31,283 nt of DNA from a virus (Duplodnaviria > Heunggongvirae > Uroviricota > Caudoviricetes), in IMG/VR virus record IMGVR_UViG_2579778786_000007; one strand, written 5' to 3'. Below are positions 26,326-31,283 of this stretch, piece by piece; position 1 is the first letter of the stretch, and every line of letters begins with the position of its first letter. The position numbers and the translations under genes were made by a program. The notes beneath the pieces are model-generated. The model worked only from the letters and a program-made list of their open reading frames with translations, did no database searches and was not told the origin of the DNA.

Positions 26326-29300
26326 TAATAACCTGCGCCTGCAGGTCATTCTTAATGCGGTTGACAAACTCACCCGCCCATTCCGTGCTGCACAGGCCAG
26401 TTCGAAAGAGCTGGCTGGCGCAATCAGAAACTCCCGTGACGCATTAAAGCAACTCAATCAGGCGGGTAACAGCCTGGAAAAATTTCGCAAGCTGCAGGCC
26501 GATAACAAAAAGTTAGGCGACAGGCTGAACTATGCCAGACAGAAGGCAAATTTGCTTAGTTCTGAGCTGGAAGCGATGGAACAACCATCACAAAGGCATC
26601 TTGTGGCTTTAGGTCGGCAAACGCTGGCAGTCCAACGCCTGGAAGAACAACAAAAATATTTGCAGAAGCAAACGGCGCTTGTGCGTGCAGAACTGTACCG
26701 GGCGGGAATTTCTGCGAAAGATGATGCGGGAGCAACTGCCCGTTTAGCCCGTGAAACATCACGTTATAACCAGGAACTTTCGAAACAAGAGGCGCGGCTG
26801 AAGCGACTGGGGGAAGCTCAGCGCAGGATGAATGCGGCGCGTGCCAGTTATGCCCGTTCGCTGGAGGTGCGTGATCGTATTGCAGGTGCCGGAGCCACCA
26901 CCACGGCTGCAGGGCTGGCAATGGGCGCACCAGTGATGGCGGCAGTAAAAAGCTATACCAGCATGGAAGATGCCATGAAAGGTGTGGCAAAGCAGGTCAA
27001 TGGTCTGCGTGACGATAATGGCAACCGCACTGCACGTTTTTATGAAATGCAGGATGCCATCAAGGCTGCCAGCGAACAGTTGCCGATGGAAAACGGTGCG
27101 GTGGACTTTGCCGCACTGGTTGAAGGTGGTGCGCGCATGAACGTCGCAAACCCTGACGACAGCTGGGAAGACCAGAAACGTGACCTGCTGGCCTTCGCCA
27201 GTACGGCAGCAAAGGCGGCAACAGCCTTTGAGCTGCCAGCGGATGAACTGTCAGAAAGTCTGGGGAAAATCGCCCAGCTCTACAAAATACCAACCCGCAA
27301 TATTGAACAGCTCGGCGATGCGCTGAACTATCTGGATGATAACGCCATGTCGAAAGGGGCGGACATCATTGATGTGATGCAACGTCTGGGCGGTGTGGCT
27401 GACCGTCTGGATTATCGTAAAGCGGCGGCACTGGGTTCCACCTTTCTGACACTGGGCGCTGCGCCGGAGGTTGCAGCCAGTGCAGCAAACGCGATGGTGC
27501 GTGAATTGTCCATTGCCACCATGCAAAGCAAGAGTTTCTTTGAAGGAATGAATCTGCTGAAACTCAATCCTGAAGTGATTGAAAAGCAGATGACGAAGGA
27601 TGCGATGGGAACTATCCAGCGCGTGCTGGAGAAGGTGAACGCACTGCCGCAGGACAAGCGTCTGTCTGCCATGACCATGTTGTTTGGTAAAGAGTTTGGC
27701 GATGACGCGGCGAAACTGGCAAACAACCTGCCGGAACTGCAGCGCCAGCTAAAACTGACAGCGGGCAATGATGCGCTCGGTTCCATGCAGAAAGAATCCG
27801 ACATCAACAAAGACTCACTTTCTGCTCAGTGGTTGCTGGTCAAAACCGGAGCGCAGAACACCTTCAGCAGCCTGGGCGAAACGCTGCGCCAGCCGCTGAT
27901 GGATATTCTGTACACGGTGAAAAGCATCACGGGGGCGTTGCGCCGCTGGGTGGAAGCTAACCCGGAACTGACAGGCACACTGATGAAAGTAGCGGCTGTT
28001 GTGGCTGCGGTTACCGTAGGCCTCGGCACCTTAGCGGTGGCGCTGGCTGCAGTTCTGGGGCCGCTGGCAGTGATCCGTCTGGGATTCTCTGTGCTGGGTA
28101 TCAAAACGTTACCTTCCGTTACGGCAGCAGTAACTCGAACCAGCAGCGCGTTGTCCTGGCTGGCTGGCGCACCACTGGCACTGCTGCGACGCGGGCTTGC
28201 TTCATCGGGCAACGCCGCAGGTTTACTTACTGCGCCGTTGTCGTCTTTGCGCCGCACGGCATCACTGACGGGAAATGTCCTGAAAACTGTAGCAGGTGCG
28301 CCGGTTGCACTGTTGCGGTCTGGATTATCCGGTTTACGTGCGGTTGCTGTGATGTTTATGAATCCACTGGCAGCAATACGCGGCGGGCTGGCTGCCGCAG
28401 GCACGGTGCTGCGAGTACTGGCATCTGGTCCACTGGCGATGTTGCGCGTTGCCCTGTATGCCGTATCTGGTCTGTTAGGTGCTCTGCTCAGTCCGATAGG
28501 TCTTGTGGTTACTGCACTGGCGGGTGTGGCACTGGTTGTCTGGAAATACTGGCAACCCATCACCGCATTTCTCGGTGGCGTGGTGGAAGGATTCAAAGCG
28601 GCGGCAGGTCCCATCAGTGCAGCGTTCGAACCGCTTAAGCCTGTGTTCCAGTGGATTGGTGACAAAGTGCAGGCGCTGTGGGGCTGGTTTACTGATCTGC
28701 TGACGCCCGTTACGTCGACCTCTGCCGAACTGCAGAGCGCAGCGGCAATGGGGCGACAATTCGGGGAGGTACTGGCGGAAGGGCTGAATAAGGTTATGCA
28801 TCCGCTGGACTCCCTGAAATCTGGCGTTTCCTGGTTGCTGGAGAAACTCGGCATTGTCAGTAAAGAGGCTGCAAAGGCGAAACTGCCGGAAAGCGTGACG
28901 CGTCAGCAACCTGCGACGGTGAATGCAGACGGTAAAGTGATGATGCCATCGGGTGGTTTTCCGTCATGGGGATATGGCTTTGCGGGGATGTATGACAGCG
29001 GCGGCTATATCCCGCGCGGGCAGTTTGGCATCGTCGGTGAAAACGGGCCGGAAATTGTTAACGGCCCGGCAAATGTGACCAGCCGGAGAAATACAGCTGC
29101 ACTGGCTGCCGTTGTTGCCGGAATGATGGGCGTTGCTGCCGCGCCTGCAGAGCTTCCACCGTTGCACCCTTTGGCACTTCCCGCGAAAGGCGGCGAAGCG
29201 ATGGTGAGTCGTGCAGCCACTGTGCCGCCCGTTCAACGGATTGAGGCACCGATGCAGATCATCATTCAGACGCAGCCAGGACAAAGTGCGCAGGATATTG

Positions 29301-29395
29301 CGCGGGAGGTGGCCCGCCAGCTTGATGAACGTGAACGCAGGCTGAAGGCAAAAGCCAGGAGTAACTACAGTGATCAGGGGGGATACGACGCATGA
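26318..29395 (+). CDS. T: Tail tape measure protein (P2 gpT family)
   Basis: 1025 aa; N-terminal coiled-coil region, central hydrophobic Ala/Leu/Gly repeats; follows E/E'. Confidence 0.9.
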   Translation: MSDNNLRLQVILNAVDKLTRPFRAAQASSKELAGAIRNSRDALKQLNQAGNSLEKFRKLQADNKKLGDRLNYARQKANLLSSELEAMEQPSQRHLVALGRQTLAVQRLEEQQKYLQKQTALVRAELYRAGISAKDDAGATARLARETSRYNQELSKQEARLKRLGEAQRRMNAARASYARSLEVRDRIAGAGATTTAAGLAMGAPVMAAVKSYTSMEDAMKGVAKQVNGLRDDNGNRTARFYEMQDAIKAASEQLPMENGAVDFAALVEGGARMNVANPDDSWEDQKRDLLAFASTAAKAATAFELPADELSESLGKIAQLYKIPTRNIEQLGDALNYLDDNAMSKGADIIDVMQRLGGVADRLDYRKAAALGSTFLTLGAAPEVAASAANAMVRELSIATMQSKSFFEGMNLLKLNPEVIEKQMTKDAMGTIQRVLEKVNALPQDKRLSAMTMLFGKEFGDDAAKLANNLPELQRQLKLTAGNDALGSMQKESDINKDSLSAQWLLVKTGAQNTFSSLGETLRQPLMDILYTVKSITGALRRWVEANPELTGTLMKVAAVVAAVTVGLGTLAVALAAVLGPLAVIRLGFSVLGIKTLPSVTAAVTRTSSALSWLAGAPLALLRRGLASSGNAAGLLTAPLSSLRRTASLTGNVLKTVAGAPVALLRSGLSGLRAVAVMFMNPLAAIRGGLAAAGTVLRVLASGPLAMLRVALYAVSGLLGALLSPIGLVVTALAGVALVVWKYWQPITAFLGGVVEGFKAAAGPISAAFEPLKPVFQWIGDKVQALWGWFTDLLTPVTSTSAELQSAAAMGRQFGEVLAEGLNKVMHPLDSLKSGVSWLLEKLGIVSKEAAKAKLPESVTRQQPATVNADGKVMMPSGGFPSWGYGFAGMYDSGGYIPRGQFGIVGENGPEIVNGPANVTSRRNTAALAAVVAGMMGVAAAPAELPPLHPLALPAKGGEAMVSRAATVPPVQRIEAPMQIIIQTQPGQSAQDIAREVARQLDERERRLKAKARSNYSDQGGYDA

Positions 29396-29877
29396 TGATG
29401 GTGCTGGGATTGTACGTGTTTATGCTGCGCACCGTGCCGTATCAGGAACTGCAGTATCAACGCAGTTGGCGACATGCGGCAAACAGCCGGGTAAACCGTC
29501 GTCCGTCCACGCAGTTTCTGGGACCGGAAAACGACATGCTGACGCTTTCCGGTGTTCTTATGCCGGAGATAACAGGCGGCAGGCTGTCGTTGCTGGCACT
29601 TGAGCAGATGGCAGAACAGGGGAAAGCATGGCCTCTGATTGAAGGCAGCGGCACGATTTACGGCATGTATGTGATTGAGGGACTGAATCAGACTAAAACG
29701 GAGTTTTTCCGCGACGGTATGCCGCGCCGGATTGAGTTCACCCTGTCGCTCAAACGGGTGGATGAATCCCTGTCCGATATGTTCGGTGATCTCAGTGCGC
29801 AGCTGAATAATCTGCAGGGAACGGCAACATCTGCCTTAAGCGATATCAGTAAAACGGTGGGAGGGCTTCTGTCGTGA
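29392..29877 (+). CDS. U: Tail protein (P2 gpU family)
   Basis: 161 aa; start overlaps the T stop (ATGA). Confidence 0.85.
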   Translation: MMMVLGLYVFMLRTVPYQELQYQRSWRHAANSRVNRRPSTQFLGPENDMLTLSGVLMPEITGGRLSLLALEQMAEQGKAWPLIEGSGTIYGMYVIEGLNQTKTEFFRDGMPRRIEFTLSLKRVDESLSDMFGDLSAQLNNLQGTATSALSDISKTVGGLLS

Positions 29878-30974
29878 ATTTCAGCTCTGAACTGCTTAAC
29901 AAAGGCAACAAAACTCCGGCATTCAGCATCAGTATTGAAGGCAGGGATATCACCACTGTGCTGGACAACCGCCTGATTGGGCTGACGCTGACGGATAACC
30001 GGGGATTTGAAGCGGACCAGCTTGATCTGGAACTGGACGACGCCGATGGAAAAATCGTGCTGCCGCGCCGTGGTGCGGTCATTACGCTGGCGCTGGGCTG
30101 GAAGGGGCAGCCGCTTTTCCCGAAAGGGGCATTCACGGTGGACGAGATTGAACACACTGGCGCACCGGACCGCCTGACTATCCGGGCGCGAAGTGCTGAT
30201 TTTCGGGAAACCCTGAATACCCGCCGTGAAAAATCGTGGCATAACACCACCATCGGGGAAGTGGTGAAGGAAATAGCAGCGCGGCACAAGCTGAAGATGG
30301 CACTGGGTAAAGAGCTGTCGGATAAGCCCGTGGAGCATATAGACCAGACTAATGAGAGTGACGGCAGTTTTCTGATGCGACTGGCGCGACAGTACGGTGC
30401 CATCGCGTCGGTGAAAAATGGCAATCTGTTATTCATCCGGCAGGGGCAGGGCAAAAGCGCCACTGGTAAACCACTGCCAGTGATCACTATCACACGCAAG
30501 GATGGCGACAGTCACCGATTTACCCTGGCAGATCGCGGAGCCTACACGGGCGTAATTGCCAGCTGGTTGCATACCCGTGAACCCGCGAAGAAAGAAAGCA
30601 CCACGGTGAAGCGTAAGCGCAGAACTAAGAAGCAGAAGAAAGAGCCGGAAGCGAAGCAGGGCGATTACCTGGTGGGTACGGATGAAAACGTGCTGGTACT
30701 TAATCGCACCTATGCCAACCGGGGCAACGCTGAACGGGCAGCGAAAATGCAGTGGGAACGTCTGCAACGCGGCGTTGCGTCATTCTCGCTACAACTGGCG
30801 GAAGGGCGGGCAGATCTCTACACGGAAATGCCTGTGAAGGTCAGTGGTTTTAAACAGCCGATAGATGATGCGGAATGGACCATTACGACTCTGACACATA
30901 CCGTCAGCCCGGATAACGGTTTTACGACCAGTCTGGAGCTTGAAGTGAGGATTGATGATTTCGAAATGGAATGA
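29874..30974 (+). CDS. D: Tail protein / late control gene D (P2 gpD family)
   Basis: 366 aa; GTG start overlapping the U stop; last gene of the tail operon. Confidence 0.85.
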   Translation: MNFSSELLNKGNKTPAFSISIEGRDITTVLDNRLIGLTLTDNRGFEADQLDLELDDADGKIVLPRRGAVITLALGWKGQPLFPKGAFTVDEIEHTGAPDRLTIRARSADFRETLNTRREKSWHNTTIGEVVKEIAARHKLKMALGKELSDKPVEHIDQTNESDGSFLMRLARQYGAIASVKNGNLLFIRQGQGKSATGKPLPVITITRKDGDSHRFTLADRGAYTGVIASWLHTREPAKKESTTVKRKRRTKKQKKEPEAKQGDYLVGTDENVLVLNRTYANRGNAERAAKMQWERLQRGVASFSLQLAEGRADLYTEMPVKVSGFKQPIDDAEWTITTLTHTVSPDNGFTTSLELEVRIDDFEME

Positions 30975-31064
30975 TTCTTCGCAATGGAGAACTTTTAAGT
31001 TTGCAAAATGGAATAATGCGGTATCATTATTGTGAATTTAGCAAAAATGGGGAGAACTCGAAAA

Positions 31065-31283
31065 ATGATGATTTGCCCACTGTGTGGAAGTGCCGCCCAT
31101 ACTCGCAGCAGTTTTCAGGTATCTTCATTGACCAAAGAGCGTTACAACCAGTGCCAGAATATTAACTGCAGCCATACTTTTGTAACCCATGAAACTTTTG
31201 TTCGTTCGATTGCAACGCCAAAAGAGTCAAATCCGGTTCAGCCGCATCCAATGAAATCAGGACAGGTGGCGCTCTCTCTTTGA
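31065..31283 (+). CDS. ogr: Late-gene transcriptional activator Ogr (zinc finger; equivalent of 186 B)
   Basis: 72 aa from ATG 31065, the same length as P2 Ogr, with CPLC...CQNINC Cys4 arrangement and HTFVTHE; ends at the window edge. Confidence 0.85.
   Translation: MMICPLCGSAAHTRSSFQVSSLTKERYNQCQNINCSHTFVTHETFVRSIATPKESNPVQPHPMKSGQVALSL

Noticed and set aside
30971-31165. 64-aa ORF overlapping the ogr upstream region and start
   Set aside because: Out of frame with the well-supported ogr gene and lacks an RBS; the Ogr zinc-finger ORF from 31065 explains the region.
1-31283. Search for tRNA, rRNA, transposase/IS elements, toxin-antitoxin pairs or att core repeats
   Set aside because: Nothing convincing seen by eye; the window edges coincide with the int and ogr stops, so att sites and any integration-target tRNA must lie outside.

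Overview
The window reads as one almost complete P2/186-family temperate myovirus prophage, with the integrase stop at base 1 and the ogr stop at base 31283, so both att sites lie outside it. Left to right: integrase (-), a small exported Cys-containing protein (-), a phage-186-type CI repressor (-), then rightward Apl-like, CII-like, three small hypothetical genes, a TraR/DksA zinc-finger protein, a Dam-like methyltransferase and replication protein A. Next comes an AT-rich accessory region (about 7200-10610): a LexA-box-fronted small ORF plus a DinI/Tum-like gene, an outer-membrane lipoprotein gene, a cos-like motif and a 584-aa DUF262/DUF1524 (GmrSD-like) nuclease gene. The rest is the full P2-type late cluster: Q and P (-), then O N M L X, holin, endolysin, lysA/B/C, R S, V W J I H G, FI FII E/E' T U D and ogr. 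The most interesting points are the GmrSD-like defence candidate and lipoprotein in the hotspot, an in-frame TGA inside the terminase ATPase gene, and a possible one-base frameshift splitting a Tum-like gene. No tRNA, rRNA, CRISPR array or transposase was seen. All protein-family calls rest on reading the supplied translations against remembered family signatures; no database search was run.
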